The notes below the pieces were generated by a model, which searched no databases, was not told the DNA's origin, and saw only the letters and a list, made by a program, of their open reading frames with translations. Of a stretch of DNA of 64,000 nt, positions 8,380 to 19,695 are shown piece by piece. The stretch's first letter is position 1. Each line of letters opens with the position of its first letter. Position numbers and translations under genes: made by a program. Location: positions 96,001 through 160,000 of the forward strand of contig CAWJKT010000008.1 of NCBI GenBank assembly GCA_963843375.1, given 5' to 3'. This DNA comes from an uncultured Pseudomonadota bacterium. Its GTDB lineage: Bacteria; Oederibacteriota; Muellerivitia; Muellerivitales; Muellerivitaceae.

Positions 8380-10175
8380 TTGGGTTCCGCCTCTTGCGAA
8401 GATTGCCGTTTTAAAACCATCATCTGCTGGGCCAACGACAGAGCCTCTTCCACCTCACCGGTTTTTTCGGCTTCCGTCTGCCGGCCCTTCAATTGAGCCA
8501 ATTGGCGCTTCAAGTGCCGCTTTTTCAAAGCCGTGACCAGGTCGATCAGCATGGCCTCCCGGTGCTTCTTTTCCGTCTCGTTCTCAATGCGGATGAAGGA
8601 TGATTCCAGGTCCGCAACTTGGTTTAATTCCTCCGGCTTCATCTCTCCTGAGCTGAGGCGTTCGAACAGTTGACGGAAGTCTTCCCTCTGGAAAACCTCC
8701 GGCGACAGTTCATTGACCGCCCAGGGAATGAAATCGCCCCTTTCCTCAGTTAGAAGCGCCAAAAAATCCGCCTCCATTTGTGAATCATTCTTGCCAGTTT
8801 CTTTTTGGGAAACCGCTGCTTTTTCATCCCCTGCGGGTTTCGGCTCGAATCCTGTCCCGGCGGGACGGCGGACGCCCTTTTTGCGTTCCGTATTCACGAT
8901 GGTCAAGAGGTCCCGGTTGTCCAACCCCAACTCAGACTCGATGGCCGAACAAGCGGCTTGGACCGAAACTTCGTCCGGGATCTGCAGGATCATGGGGACA
9001 AAACCGTGCAAAGCCCTCGTGCGTTCCTCCACCGGAACACCCTGGAATTTCTTTTTCAGGGAAACCGCCCACCAACGAAAAAAATCGGGCGATTTTTGGA
9101 TCAAGACCTCGAGTTCATCCTTCGTATGTTTGGTTAAATACTCGTCGGGATCCTTGGCGTCCGGCATCACCAGCACCCGGATATTAAGTCCCGCTTGGAC
9201 CAGGGGCTCGAAGCCTCTTAAAACCGCCGCCTGGCCCGCCGCATCCGTATCGTAAGAGAACACTACTTCTTTTGTATAGCGTTGTAGCAAACGTCCATGT
9301 TGAGACGTCAGGGCGGTTCCTAAAGTAGCAACAGCGTTCTCAAAACCGAAATGATGAAGAGCCAAGGCGTCGAAATAGCCTTCCACCACCAGCACGTAAC
9401 CTTTTTGCCGAATGGCCTCTCGGGCCATATCCAACAGGTACAAACATTCGCTTTTCTTGAAAAGAAGAGTTTCGGGAGAGTTGAGGTATTTGGGCCCCGA
9501 TTCGTCGTTTAATGTCCTGCCGCCGAAGGCAACGATTTTATCATAGTTGTTTTTTACGGGAAAGATCAGGCGATTCCTAAATTTATCGTAAAAACTCTTC
9601 TTTTCCTCATTGTGAACCACCAATCCGGCGGCAAGCATTTCCTCCTGGGAAAATCCCGCTTTTTGGCCTGCATTTTTAAGCGCATCCCAGCCTTCGGGGG
9701 CATAACCCATTTGATATTTCAAAGCGTCTTCTTTTGTAAAACCGCGGGCCTTGAAATATTCCCGGGCAATCTGGCCTTCGGCGGAAAGCAACCGTTCATG
9801 AAAAAATTGTCCGGCGAATTCGTTGAGTTCCTGCATCCGCTCCCGGACCCGGTCCGTTTCTTGGTCCCTTTTGTTTTCCTGGGGCTTGGGAAGAGTGATA
9901 TTCGCCTTGTCCGCCAACAGACGCAAAGTTTCGGGAAAGGGCATCTTTTCCATTTCCATGATGAAGGTAATGACGTTTCCACCTTTTCCGCAGCCAAAAC
10001 AATGGAAGCCATTGCGGGTGGGCGAAACCGTGAAACTGGGTGATTTTTCACTGTGGAATGGACAGAGCCCTTTGTAGCTGGTGCCGGATTTTTTCAAGGA
10101 TACGTATTCGCCAATGACCGAAACGATGTCGGTGGCTTCCTTGACCCGTTGGATGATTTCGTCGGAATACTTCAT
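8376..10175 (-). CDS. dnaG: DNA primase
   Basis: CPFH...CFGC zinc finger, KYLNSPET, Toprim VEGYFD, DTDAAG. Confidence 0.97.
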   Translation of the reverse strand: MKYSDEIIQRVKEATDIVSVIGEYVSLKKSGTSYKGLCPFHSEKSPSFTVSPTRNGFHCFGCGKGGNVITFIMEMEKMPFPETLRLLADKANITLPKPQENKRDQETDRVRERMQELNEFAGQFFHERLLSAEGQIAREYFKARGFTKEDALKYQMGYAPEGWDALKNAGQKAGFSQEEMLAAGLVVHNEEKKSFYDKFRNRLIFPVKNNYDKIVAFGGRTLNDESGPKYLNSPETLLFKKSECLYLLDMAREAIRQKGYVLVVEGYFDALALHHFGFENAVATLGTALTSQHGRLLQRYTKEVVFSYDTDAAGQAAVLRGFEPLVQAGLNIRVLVMPDAKDPDEYLTKHTKDELEVLIQKSPDFFRWWAVSLKKKFQGVPVEERTRALHGFVPMILQIPDEVSVQAACSAIESELGLDNRDLLTIVNTERKKGVRRPAGTGFEPKPAGDEKAAVSQKETGKNDSQMEADFLALLTEERGDFIPWAVNELSPEVFQREDFRQLFERLSSGEMKPEELNQVADLESSFIRIENETEKKHREAMLIDLVTALKKRHLKRQLAQLKGRQTEAEKTGEVEEALSLAQQMMVLKRQSSQEAEPK

Positions 10176-10243
10176 AAAACCTCAAAAACCTGTTTAACCA
10201 CCAAGCCTTTTGCCGTGCGCAAAAATCACCTGGTTAAAATTTT

Positions 10244-12661
10244 CTACTTCTTAAATTTTATCACTGTCGCCCCAGCCCCACCTTGGGCCGGTTCGGCCAA
10301 AGCAAACTCTATTCCGGGATGAGCTGTTGGCAGGTGCTTGTGGATAGCTTCTTTCAGCGCGCCGGTTCCTTTTCCATGGATAATACGAACAAAGGGCAAG
10401 TTCACCAAGACTGCGTCATCCAGGAATTTGTCCAATTGGGTCAGAGCTTGGTCGACTAGTTTTCCGCGTAAATCCAATTCCAATTTTCCTTTTTCTTCCA
10501 GGGATCTCGAGCTCATGACACCGCTGGCTTGTGGCCGGATTCCGGAAACCGGCGGGGAAACATGGGTAACCCTCCCCAAGTCGGCCCATTTGCAGGAAAG
10601 CTTCATGCCATTATCCATCAAAATAACGGCCTCATATTTTTCTTCGTCGGCGCTCACGACTTTCACGTCACAATTGCCGGGTTTAAAGAAAACCGAATCC
10701 CCTTCCTTAACTTCGACCACTTCCACAATTTTCTTAACGGGTACTGGTTTGATATTCCTGAGCTTTTGGTTGACTTCCTGCCGAGCGGTTTTAATTTTCT
10801 CTTTGTTCACCTCGCCGCTCACGGGGGATTGGACACCCTGGATGAGGTGTTCCATTTTCCGCCGGGTATTCTTCAGCAGGCCTTCGGCCTCGACTTGGGC
10901 TTCTTTTTTAATTCGACGGGCCTCATCCTTCATTTGGCGTCGCGCCGTTAAAAGCTCCTGCTCAATTTTTTTAGCATTCTCCCTGAGCCTTTCGGACTCC
11001 TGCCGAGCCTTCTCCGCCGCTTGTTTTTCCTGACCCAGTTTGGCCAGCATTTCCGACAAATCCGCTTCACCCTGGGGCAAATGGGCCTTAGCCTTTTCCA
11101 AAATCTCTTCGTTAAAACCCAATTGGCGGGCCAAGGTCAAAGCATAGGACTGTCCCGGTATACCAGAAACGAGGCGAAAGGATGGTTGCCCAGTAGTTTC
11201 GTCGAATAGCATGGCCGCATTGGCCATTCCCTTTTCCTCCTGGGTCAGGAGTTTCAAAAGCGGCTGGTGGGTATTGGCCAAAACAAGGGTTCCTTTTTCT
11301 CGAAAGGTTTCCAAACAGGCCAGTCCCAAGGCACCCCCTTCGCGGGGATCCGTGCCGGCTCCCAGTTCATCCAGAAGAAAGAGGGTCTCAGGACCGCAAT
11401 GGTCGATCATTCTCTTCAACGCCTTCAACTTGGCGGCGTAAGTGCTCAGATGGTCGCTAAGGTTTTGCTCATCATCCAAATCGCTATCGAAATGTTTGAG
11501 AACCGGGATGGTGCTTTGCCCCCCAGCTAAAACGGGAAGGCCCGCCTGGACCATGGCGCAAACCAAGCCCAATGTTTTCAAAGCGACGGTTTTACCCCCG
11601 GCGTTCGGACCAGAAATCAGGATGACCAGGGTGCCTTCTTTAAATTCCACATCCAAGGGAATGACTTTTTCCCGGAATTTTTCGATGGCCTCCAAAGCCA
11701 AAAGAGGATGCCGAGCGTCCTTTAAATTCAAAGAAGATCCAGATTCGGGCCGTAAAAATTGGCCGTCGTAACGGGAGGCGAAAGTGGCCAAGACCCCATG
11801 GGCATCCACTTCGGCGCTGGCGATCAATGTTTCCTCCACCTCGTTGGCCTTGGCCAAGACGGCCCCCGTGGCTTCCCTTAATACTTTGCGAACTTCCTCA
11901 TCTTCCCTCAACAAGGCTTCCTTGATCCGGTTGTTGTTTTCAACAACATCACGGGGCTCCACGAAAAGCGTTGCGCCCGAAGCCGACATGCCATGAACGA
12001 AACCAGGTACCATGCTCTGATGGTCGCGTTTGATCGGCACAACTAAGCGCCCTTCCCTTTCGGTGACGATCTTTTCTTGAAGCGCCTCAGCCGTTTCGCT
12101 CTTTTGCAGGAAAGATTGGTAGAAATTTTGAACTTCGGTCTTCAAGTCCCGGAGCTGGTCACGGACGCTTTTCAATCCCGGAGAGGCCCCGTCCAGCACA
12201 TTCCCCTTCTCCGATATCATCGATTTCAATGTTTCTTTTAGTTCAGGTAAGGCATGTAGGCGGCCGAGCCATTCCTGGAAAACGGCGGTAACTTCGCCCT
12301 CTGACCCGAGGAATTGGCGAAGGCGAACGACTTCGGTGAGAAATTGCCCCAAAGAGGCTAGTTCCTCCCCTGATAGGACATCCCCTTTGTCTCGGGCTTT
12401 TTCAAAGGACTCGATAAAGAATTGAGAATCGGGTATGGCCGGAGCCTTTTGTTTGACCATGTGTTTCTCAAGTTCCTGGGTTTTCGAAATTCGGCTTTCG
12501 ATCAGGTCCATTTCAGTGGAGGGGGCAAAAACCCGCAGGAAATCCCGGCCCGCTGGCGTTTGGCAATGACTGGCGAGTTTTTCCAGCAGCTTGGGATATT
12601 CGACCGCTTTCAAGAAGTTTTTAACCATTTCGCTTTTCAAAACTTGATTCCTTTTCACCAC
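10244..12661 (-). CDS. mutS2: MutS2 with C-terminal Smr domain
   Basis: SGPNAGGKT, LLDELGAGTDP, LDLRG...IIHGKGTG. Confidence 0.95.
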   Translation of the reverse strand: MVKRNQVLKSEMVKNFLKAVEYPKLLEKLASHCQTPAGRDFLRVFAPSTEMDLIESRISKTQELEKHMVKQKAPAIPDSQFFIESFEKARDKGDVLSGEELASLGQFLTEVVRLRQFLGSEGEVTAVFQEWLGRLHALPELKETLKSMISEKGNVLDGASPGLKSVRDQLRDLKTEVQNFYQSFLQKSETAEALQEKIVTEREGRLVVPIKRDHQSMVPGFVHGMSASGATLFVEPRDVVENNNRIKEALLREDEEVRKVLREATGAVLAKANEVEETLIASAEVDAHGVLATFASRYDGQFLRPESGSSLNLKDARHPLLALEAIEKFREKVIPLDVEFKEGTLVILISGPNAGGKTVALKTLGLVCAMVQAGLPVLAGGQSTIPVLKHFDSDLDDEQNLSDHLSTYAAKLKALKRMIDHCGPETLFLLDELGAGTDPREGGALGLACLETFREKGTLVLANTHQPLLKLLTQEEKGMANAAMLFDETTGQPSFRLVSGIPGQSYALTLARQLGFNEEILEKAKAHLPQGEADLSEMLAKLGQEKQAAEKARQESERLRENAKKIEQELLTARRQMKDEARRIKKEAQVEAEGLLKNTRRKMEHLIQGVQSPVSGEVNKEKIKTARQEVNQKLRNIKPVPVKKIVEVVEVKEGDSVFFKPGNCDVKVVSADEEKYEAVILMDNGMKLSCKWADLGRVTHVSPPVSGIRPQASGVMSSRSLEEKGKLELDLRGKLVDQALTQLDKFLDDAVLVNLPFVRIIHGKGTGALKEAIHKHLPTAHPGIEFALAEPAQGGAGATVIKFKK

Positions 12662-12695
12662 GAAGACAATGAGTTTTGTTTTTAAGCCGAAAGTC

Positions 12696-13356
12696 CTACA
12701 AGCTTTCTGCGCAACTCAGTTCTTTTGTAGTTTGTGTTTTTAATTTCTTTTTCATTCCCGAAGAGGGCCGGTCCATTCCCGGTTTCACCGAAATATAAGG
12801 ATTTCCTTTAAGGTAAAACCGAAGCGGAAGCGCCGAACCATTCGTAATTCCAATACGGGTAGTCACTCCTACCGCTTCTTCTCTTTTTGCTTTTTTAAGG
12901 TAAAGGGGCTTTTTCCACAAGGGTATTTTATTGTGACGTTCGATTAATTCCCAAGGCTTGGACCAATTTTCCAGGACCATTGGTAAGAGATATGTCTTTT
13001 GGACCGAACTTCCCGCGACGCCGGGACATGCGGTCCATCCCTCTCACTGGTTCCAGTGACCGGATCAAAACCGCCCCCGGGGTCCCTTCTTTTTCAGTTA
13101 CCACATTGAACATAAAGTGGTTCCCATAACAAAAATAGACATAGGAATAACCAGCGGGACCAAACATGACGGCATTACGAGGGGTTATTCCCCTAGCGGC
13201 GTGGCATCCTGGATCATTTTTAGGAAGGTAGGCCTCGACTTCTACGATACGGCCCGCAACAGGCCCGTCCGAAGTCTCATGAATGAGGATTTGGCCCAAA
13301 AGATCTTTGGCCACCTGGACAGTTGAACGGGAATAGAAGGATTTAGAAAGAATCAT
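12696..13356 (-). CDS. mpg: 3-methyladenine DNA glycosylase (MPG), frameshift near 12940
   Basis: GRIVEVEAY, YGNH, AVLIRSLEP, GPGKL; C-terminal TTRIGIT in a second frame. Confidence 0.9.
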
Positions 13357-13475
13357 TTGATTCCAGTGGGGACGGTCTTATTCAGAACCAACCCGGTGTT
13401 GTTCCACCGACTTTGAGCCGATGGTTTTGGCCGTTAACTTAAGCTAACCGCCGACAAAAATTTACCCTGCTAAAA

Positions 13476-13928
13476 TTAACCGAGTTTCGACTTAACGAGT
13501 CCGGAAACCTTTCCCATGTCGGCTCGGCCCTTGATCTTGGGAGTAAGTATCCCCATCACCTTTCCCATATCCTTGGGACCGGCCGCTCCAGAGGACTTGA
13601 TGGCCTCCTCGATCAACCTCGACAACTCGTCCTCCGACAAGGAGGCGGGTAGGTATTTTTCGATCAATATTAATTCAGCTTTCTCCTTGGCGGCCATTTC
13701 GGTCCTGCCACCTTTTTCAAAACCTTCAATGGATTCTTTACGTTGTTTAGCCTGTTTGGAAAGAACCTCGATGACTTCTTCGTCTTTTACTTCGCGCTTT
13801 AAGTCCACTTCTTTGTATTTTATGGCGGATTTCAACATTCGAAGGGCGGAGGTCGACGCTTCATCCTTAGCCTTCATGGAGGTTATAAGATCGGCATTGA
13901 TTTTGTCGAAAATAGGTGACGCGCTCAA
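13476..13928 (-). CDS. yqeY: GatB/YqeY domain protein
   Basis: KQRKESIEGF, KDMGKVMG; follows rpsU. Confidence 0.92.
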   Translation of the reverse strand: MSASPIFDKINADLITSMKAKDEASTSALRMLKSAIKYKEVDLKREVKDEEVIEVLSKQAKQRKESIEGFEKGGRTEMAAKEKAELILIEKYLPASLSEDELSRLIEEAIKSSGAAGPKDMGKVMGILTPKIKGRADMGKVSGLVKSKLG

Positions 13929-13957
13929 ATCAATCCTCCAAAGGGAGTTGGGTTAAG

Positions 13958-13990
13958 AAAAAAGCCCGTCTCTTGTCGAGGCGGGCTTTT
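13958..13990 (-). terminator. hairpin terminator after rpsU
   Basis: AAAAGCCCGTCTC/GAGGCGGGCTTTT. Confidence 0.65.
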
Positions 13991-14004
13991 GGGGTCCATG
14001 CTGC

Positions 14005-14205
14005 TTAATCGCGGCTAAACTTCATTTGGCGGCGGCGCGCTTTTTTGCGGGCGGCTGCCTCGCGCTTTTTGCGGCGTTCGCTGGGCTTCTCGTAAAATTC
14101 ACGCTTTTTCATTTCCGAGATAAGCCCTGAATTTTGAACAACCTTTTTGAAACGCTTTAAGGCGTTTTCGATAGGCTCGTTTTCTTCCAATCGGACTTCG
14201 ACCAA
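14005..14205 (-). CDS. rpsU: 30S ribosomal protein S21 (probable TTG start)
   Basis: ENALKRFKK...KREFYEKPSERRK. Confidence 0.95.
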   Translation of the reverse strand: MVEVRLEENEPIENALKRFKKVVQNSGLISEMKKREFYEKPSERRKKREAAARKKARRRQMKFSRD

Positions 14206-14342
14206 TGTGGTCACGCTCCCCTCTATGGGTGGAATGAGAAATACCCTTTCGGCCATGGGGCCTTCAGGGAGGAGGAGTTTAATGCTTAGGAGAGTCCCTC
14301 GTCAAGCAAGAGGAAAAGAGTGTTTTGGGGGTTATTTAGGGG

Positions 14343-14684
14343 TTAACCGGGAGGCCAAGCCATAAAACGCCCCCCTAAAAGATGAAGATGAAGGTGATAG
14401 ACAGTCTGACCGCCATTATCCCCTTGATTAATAACTAAACGGTAACCCTCTTGAAGGTTCAACTGGCGGGCCACTTGAATGGCCCGTCCCGTCAGGAGGG
14501 AAACCAGAGGATTCTCTGGGGGAATGTCCTCGACCGTTTCAATATGCGACTTGGGGATAACCAATATATGGATCGGTGCCGCGGGATGAATATCATGAAA
14601 CGCTAGTACGTGGTCATCCTCATAAACCACATTCGAAGGTATTTCCTTCCGAATAATTTTGCAAAAAACACAATGATCGCCCAT
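14343..14684 (-). CDS. hinT: histidine triad nucleotide-binding protein
   Basis: CVFCKII, QTVYHLHLHLLGG. Confidence 0.95.
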   Translation of the reverse strand: MGDHCVFCKIIRKEIPSNVVYEDDHVLAFHDIHPAAPIHILVIPKSHIETVEDIPPENPLVSLLTGRAIQVARQLNLQEGYRLVINQGDNGGQTVYHLHLHLLGGRFMAWPPG

Positions 14685-14792
14685 GGTCCGACCCCCATTT
14701 GGCTTGTTTGCGCTTTAAACAACTTTTAATATACACCCGGTTCTTTAGATTTTCCTTCTTTTCCTTCCTATCAAAAAAGTTAAGGACTTCTC

Positions 14793-15458
14793 ATGGTGAA
14801 AGTTAAAAGGCTATGGCCAACTCTCGGGATGTTCTTCACGGCTCTTATGGTAACGGCTTCATCAGGCGCTCAGATTTTTTCTTTGGAACTATTGCCCGGA
14901 TCCGCTTACAACTTCCCCACACCCTTAACCGTTCGTCAAACAGGTTATCCCGATATCCACCTCATGGCCGACTATGCGACCGAACCTTTCGGGCCCTTCA
15001 CTCCCTACTACGCCTGGCGGGCGGCGCTTTGGGATAAAAACGAAGCCTGGGAATTCGAGCAAGTTCACCACCGCCTTTTCCTTACCAATCCTCCCCCCGA
15101 AATTCAGGTTTTCGCCATCCATTTTGGTTACAACTATTTTCTTTTGGGCCACGCCTGGAAACGCGGGGATTTCATTTTGCATGCAGACGCGGGAATCCTG
15201 ATTACCAATCCTCAAAACACCGTTCGGGGACAGGTTCTTCGAACTGTCGGGACCGGAATTTTCGATGATGGTTACAATTTTTCGGGAGTTGGCGCCCAGG
15301 TGGCTCTCAGCCGGGATTTTTATTTCGCAAAAAACTTTTTCTTGATTCTGGACGTCGGGTTGATGGCCGGTTGGGCTACCGTTCCCGTCTCCAATGGTTC
15401 GGCGGATGTCCCCAACATTTCCATTCATGGACATTTGGGACCCGGTTTCAGTTTTTAA
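14793..15458 (+). CDS. secreted / outer-membrane beta-barrel-like hypothetical protein
   Basis: Signal peptide, alternating beta-strands, C-terminal GFSF. Confidence 0.6.
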   Translation: MVKVKRLWPTLGMFFTALMVTASSGAQIFSLELLPGSAYNFPTPLTVRQTGYPDIHLMADYATEPFGPFTPYYAWRAALWDKNEAWEFEQVHHRLFLTNPPPEIQVFAIHFGYNYFLLGHAWKRGDFILHADAGILITNPQNTVRGQVLRTVGTGIFDDGYNFSGVGAQVALSRDFYFAKNFFLILDVGLMAGWATVPVSNGSADVPNISIHGHLGPGFSF

Positions 15459-15508
15459 TATCAAACAAACCACCAAAAAGCTCTGGGGCGGCGGGGGACT
15501 GATTCCAC

Positions 15509-16153
15509 TTAATTTTTATAGAGATAAACCGTCATATCCTCCGGTAAATAACCTTTTAATATTTTATATTTTTCGCCGGACCATCGGCGGGCTCTTTCTT
15601 CCAATTCCCCTGGATGGGCATAGAAAAGATCGGAGTCCGGCCACCCCGCCTCAAGGTTTAATAAACTGAAGGCCATGCCTTCTCGGGTGAATTCCAGGCT
15701 TTGTTTCACCATCTGTTCGATCCAAGCCCAGTTATCCTTCACCTTGTGGTTGAAAACACCATTGACGAAGACATAGTCCCATTTTTCAGTGGGGGGATGA
15801 TGGAGAATATCCTTTTTCTCGAAATGGGCTTCCGGGAATCGTTTGCGAGCCCCCCTTACCATGAGATCTAGGATATCGATTCCGGTGTATTCGCCCTTCC
15901 AGCCTCGGTCCTTCAAGAACCCGTAAAAACACCCCAGCCCACAGCCCAGATCCAAAATTTTTTTATTTTGAAGGTCGCCGATATCGGCCAAGGCGCGGAA
16001 CCGGAGTTCTTGGTTCTGGCGGGTCCGCCAGCCCACTTTATTTTCGGGAAGGTCATAATTCCATGAACGAAAGAGATAAAAAAAATGGATGTAAAGACGG
16101 TCGTAAAGGGTTAAGGGCTGGTCCAAAGGCTCAGACCCATTCCGCAAGGGCAA
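15509..16153 (-). CDS. class I SAM-dependent methyltransferase
   Basis: ILDLGCGLG, YTGIDI. Confidence 0.88.
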   Translation of the reverse strand: MPLRNGSEPLDQPLTLYDRLYIHFFYLFRSWNYDLPENKVGWRTRQNQELRFRALADIGDLQNKKILDLGCGLGCFYGFLKDRGWKGEYTGIDILDLMVRGARKRFPEAHFEKKDILHHPPTEKWDYVFVNGVFNHKVKDNWAWIEQMVKQSLEFTREGMAFSLLNLEAGWPDSDLFYAHPGELEERARRWSGEKYKILKGYLPEDMTVYLYKN

Positions 16154-17453
16154 TCCCAGCCTGGACGCCCGTCATTCGAATCCTGGTTTCTTTTCCCAAC
16201 CACCCCTCTTTGCGGGGAAAATAAGCCCTTAATCCTTCATCCGTGAGGCCGGCTTGTTGATCCTGGTTATGCCGCTCCACGATCACGCGGTATTCCCGAC
16301 CTTGGGCTTTTTGAGCCGAACGGTCCAGACATTCTTTTTTTAAATCTCTCAAACGATTCATTCGTTCGCGAATAACCGCCGGTTTTACTTTCGGGTTCAT
16401 CTTTTCACCCGGCGTATCCGGCCGGTTCGAATAGGGAAAGGGGTGAAAATCAACATAATCAAACTCGCGGATCCGGCGGAGGGTGTTTTCGAAGGCCTCA
16501 TTCGTCTCTCCAGGAAAACCCGCGATAATATCGGAGGTCAATCCGACCCTAGACGTTGCCCTTCTTACCTTTTCAACCGTTTTTCGGTAATGATCTAAAG
16601 TGTAAGGTCGTCTCATGGCTTTCAAAATTCCCTCATCGCCGCTTTGAAGGGGTAAATGAAGATGGGCGCAAAACCCCTGGCTGGATCGCCACAAGGGTAA
16701 CAGGGCGTCTTCAAAATCCACAACCGCATAAGAGGATAATCGCACCCGTTGAATTCCAGGAATCGCCAGTAAATCCTCAACGATTGGAGCTAATCGGGCG
16801 TCCTCAGGTCGCAAACCCCAATCCCTTCCATAAGACGACAATTGAATACCTGCCAGGACCAATTCCTTGATGCCGTTTTGAGCGAGTTTCTTTCCTTCTT
16901 CCACGATCTCAAGTCTGGGCCGCGAAATCATCGAACCCCGAACCCGGGGAATCAAGCAGAAGGAACAACCAAAGTGACAGCCATCTTGTACTTTGATCGT
17001 AGCCCTCTGGTGCCCGTCAAACCGGGATATGCCGCCACCCCAGGGTGAAGGTTCTTCCAAGACTTCATCTGGCAGTGGATTTAAGGACAAATAGGAGGAA
17101 ACGATTTTTTTAAGCAGAGTCGACTTGCCAGTGTTGCCCACAACCAGATTGACGCCCGAAAGACTCGCAATCTCTTCCGGCCGATCTTGGGCTAGACAAC
17201 CGGTCACCACAACAAAAGAATCCGGATTCCTGGCCTTGGCTCGACGCACTAATTGTTTGCCCTCAGCATCCGCCGCGGCCGTTACCGTGCAGGTGTTGAT
17301 GACATAGATATCCGCCGGTTCCTCAAAAGGTACAGTTTGGAAATGAGCTTTTTCCACTTGTTCTTTCATTGCCTGGGTATCGTATTGGTTGACCCGACAA
17401 CCTAGCGTGGTAAAGGCGATTTTAGTTTTGATTTCCAAAAAAGAATCGCTCAT
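16131..17453 (-). CDS. mtaB: tRNA t6A methylthiotransferase MtaB
   Basis: TLGCRVNQYD, NTCTVT, CHFGCSFC radical-SAM motif; hit-rpsU synteny. Confidence 0.9.
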   Translation of the reverse strand: MSDSFLEIKTKIAFTTLGCRVNQYDTQAMKEQVEKAHFQTVPFEEPADIYVINTCTVTAAADAEGKQLVRRAKARNPDSFVVVTGCLAQDRPEEIASLSGVNLVVGNTGKSTLLKKIVSSYLSLNPLPDEVLEEPSPWGGGISRFDGHQRATIKVQDGCHFGCSFCLIPRVRGSMISRPRLEIVEEGKKLAQNGIKELVLAGIQLSSYGRDWGLRPEDARLAPIVEDLLAIPGIQRVRLSSYAVVDFEDALLPLWRSSQGFCAHLHLPLQSGDEGILKAMRRPYTLDHYRKTVEKVRRATSRVGLTSDIIAGFPGETNEAFENTLRRIREFDYVDFHPFPYSNRPDTPGEKMNPKVKPAVIRERMNRLRDLKKECLDRSAQKAQGREYRVIVERHNQDQQAGLTDEGLRAYFPRKEGWLGKETRIRMTGVQAGIALAEWV

Positions 17454-18565
17454 GTTCCTCCGTTGCTTCCGTTTTCTTTTTTATTGACGCTAATTCCCAC
17501 ATCAAAAGGAACAAAAGCCTCCAACCGGAAGGAATTGGCCCAGTAAGCGTCAATCCAATGGGAACGCAGTTCAAAATCGAAGGTTACGCCGTTTTCAATC
17601 TGGACAAACCGGCGCAATCCCAACTCCTCGTAGGTCCGGTTGGACTCGTAATAAACTCCATCCGCGCCCAGGGAATTATAATTGGAGTCCCCTTCTTCCG
17701 ACATATAGTTCTTGCCGAACCATGAAATTCCGAAAAACTGCCATCGGTCGTCGGGAGAAACGATAATTTTAGTATAAAGTCCCTCGCCATAAGTGGGGCC
17801 CGGATACCCAGGTATATTGCTTTCCTTACTCCCTAACCCGAAAATTTCTAGGGAACTGGAACCCAGAACCGGCAGATGAGGTTTGAAAGCCAGTCCCAAA
17901 CCGGTCGCCAAGTTGTTGAGAACAAGGCCATCCGTGTTGGCTCCGCCGATGTGGTAACCATGGCACTGACCTTCCAAAAGGATCCCCGGAATCAGAGGAA
18001 GTTCGCTGGAACCCCCATAATCAAAAATTTCTCGGTCCACATCCGTCAGTACCTGCTGCCAGTTGAGGAAAGAATCCAGGTTGATGAAATGATCCTTTTG
18101 GACCCATTCCATCCCATATTCGATAGGCCGGGTCAGTTCCAGGGTAGTGACTTCCATGGGTTCTATCAAACCATGTCGGTAAACAGGCTGAAGGGTTCCA
18201 AAAATGAATTGGGAAACATCCGTATGATAGACAAAAGAAAGAATTGGTTGGACATCGGTTTCTACCTCTTGGGCGCTAGGATGGTTGACGAATAAACCAC
18301 CCCAAAGGTCGACGTGGTCGGAAACGAAGCCATCCAAATAACTTTCAAACTGTTGGCCCAGGATCGTTTCCCTCACCCGGAAGGGCTCGTAAAATTCGGT
18401 ATTATCCCCATAAAAGGTAAATTGGTTTTTCCAATTTAATTCCCCGGGCCCTGTAATCGGGGCCAAAGCGGTGTGCTCCATCCACTCAGGGTCTTGGGCC
18501 CAAACCGACCCAACTGTTGCCAATAGGCAAAAAAACGTCAACCGTGCGATAAAACTAATACCCAT
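17450..18565 (-). CDS. secreted hypothetical protein, paralog of the adjacent gene
   Basis: Signal peptide; RHGLIEPMEVTTLELTRPIEYG similar to the neighbour. Confidence 0.7.
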   Translation of the reverse strand: MGISFIARLTFFCLLATVGSVWAQDPEWMEHTALAPITGPGELNWKNQFTFYGDNTEFYEPFRVRETILGQQFESYLDGFVSDHVDLWGGLFVNHPSAQEVETDVQPILSFVYHTDVSQFIFGTLQPVYRHGLIEPMEVTTLELTRPIEYGMEWVQKDHFINLDSFLNWQQVLTDVDREIFDYGGSSELPLIPGILLEGQCHGYHIGGANTDGLVLNNLATGLGLAFKPHLPVLGSSSLEIFGLGSKESNIPGYPGPTYGEGLYTKIIVSPDDRWQFFGISWFGKNYMSEEGDSNYNSLGADGVYYESNRTYEELGLRRFVQIENGVTFDFELRSHWIDAYWANSFRLEAFVPFDVGISVNKKENGSNGGT

Positions 18566-19625
18566 TGGGATTTCCTTTTTCTTTTACTGGAACGTCTAAT
18601 CCAAAGGAGATTCGAGCCAACAGCCTACCCGAAAAATCCAAATAATTGTCGATCCAGCTACACCAAACTTGAGCATCCAGAGAATCCTCCCCTTGCCCAA
18701 CAATAAACTTGCGCAAACCCATTTCCTCATAGGTCCGGTCGGATTGATAAAATCCCGGATCCAAACCCTGGGAATTATAATTGGCGTCCCCTTCCCAGGA
18801 GAAAAAGTTCCAACCCTTCCAAAGAATTCCATAGAGTTCCGCGATATTCCCGGGGGAAACCGAGCCCCTAAGGTATATTCCCCAACCCCATTGAGCATCG
18901 GTAACCTGGAGAAAAGGCCCCTGCAAATTTCCGCTAAGCAGGCCGTAAGTTGAAATTGAAGCCGGCCCAAGGAAACCCATATCTTCATGAAACCGGCCTC
19001 CCAGAGCAAAGGCATAATTATTGACGACCCCAACATAAAAAAGCTTGCCACCCTGGTGATAGCCGTGAAATTGAAAATCAGTAGTAAAATTTCCGCTTAA
19101 TGGAAATTGGCCCGTGCCTCCATAATCGAATATTTCCGGATACCCCGGCGTGTTCAGTTGTTGCCAATTGAGAAACGAATCCGTTTGAAACCAACCGTCC
19201 ATTTCCTTCCATTGAACACCGTATTCGACCGGGCGGGTGATTTCGAGGGTTGTCACCTCCAAGGGCTCTAAGAACCCGTGCCGATCCTGGGTTTCCAGGG
19301 TTCCAAAGATCAATCGGGTCGTTGGGGTGAAATAAGCAAAAGATAAGATGGGCTTTAAATCCAAGTAATCGTCCCAGCCGCTGGTATGGTCCATGAAAAA
19401 CCCAGCATCAATCCTGGTACGTTCGCCTGTCAAAGCCACTAAGGAACTTTTTATTTGCTGCCCAAATAGGGTTTCTTCCGAGCGAAAGGGACCGTTGAAA
19501 CCCTCTTCGTCCCCGTAAAATGTTAAATTATTTTGAAAGGTTACGTTGTCGGCCAAGGCAAGATTCATGAACCCCCAACACCCAGCGGCTATTAAAATGA
19601 AAAATAAAGAAATCTTTTTTTTCAT
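18555..19625 (-). CDS. secreted hypothetical protein, probable beta-barrel
   Basis: Signal peptide; RHGFLEPLEVTTLEITRPVEYG. Confidence 0.7.
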   Translation of the reverse strand: MKKKISLFFILIAAGCWGFMNLALADNVTFQNNLTFYGDEEGFNGPFRSEETLFGQQIKSSLVALTGERTRIDAGFFMDHTSGWDDYLDLKPILSFAYFTPTTRLIFGTLETQDRHGFLEPLEVTTLEITRPVEYGVQWKEMDGWFQTDSFLNWQQLNTPGYPEIFDYGGTGQFPLSGNFTTDFQFHGYHQGGKLFYVGVVNNYAFALGGRFHEDMGFLGPASISTYGLLSGNLQGPFLQVTDAQWGWGIYLRGSVSPGNIAELYGILWKGWNFFSWEGDANYNSQGLDPGFYQSDRTYEEMGLRKFIVGQGEDSLDAQVWCSWIDNYLDFSGRLLARISFGLDVPVKEKGNPNGY

Positions 19626-19645
19626 GGGTAATTTCGAGCATAAAT

Positions 19646-19673
19646 AAAAACGGACCCCAAAGGGTCCGTTTTT
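19646..19673. terminator. intrinsic terminator
   Basis: AAAAACGGACCC-CAAA-GGGTCCGTTTTT. Confidence 0.75.
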
Positions 19674-19695
19674 AAAGTTTGGTCGGAAGAAAGGA

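Noticed and set aside
13416..13456. Fluoride riboswitch (GCCGATGGTTTTGGC...GCTAA)
   Set aside because: Lacks the conserved AUGA..CCUAC tail and has no downstream gene on that strand
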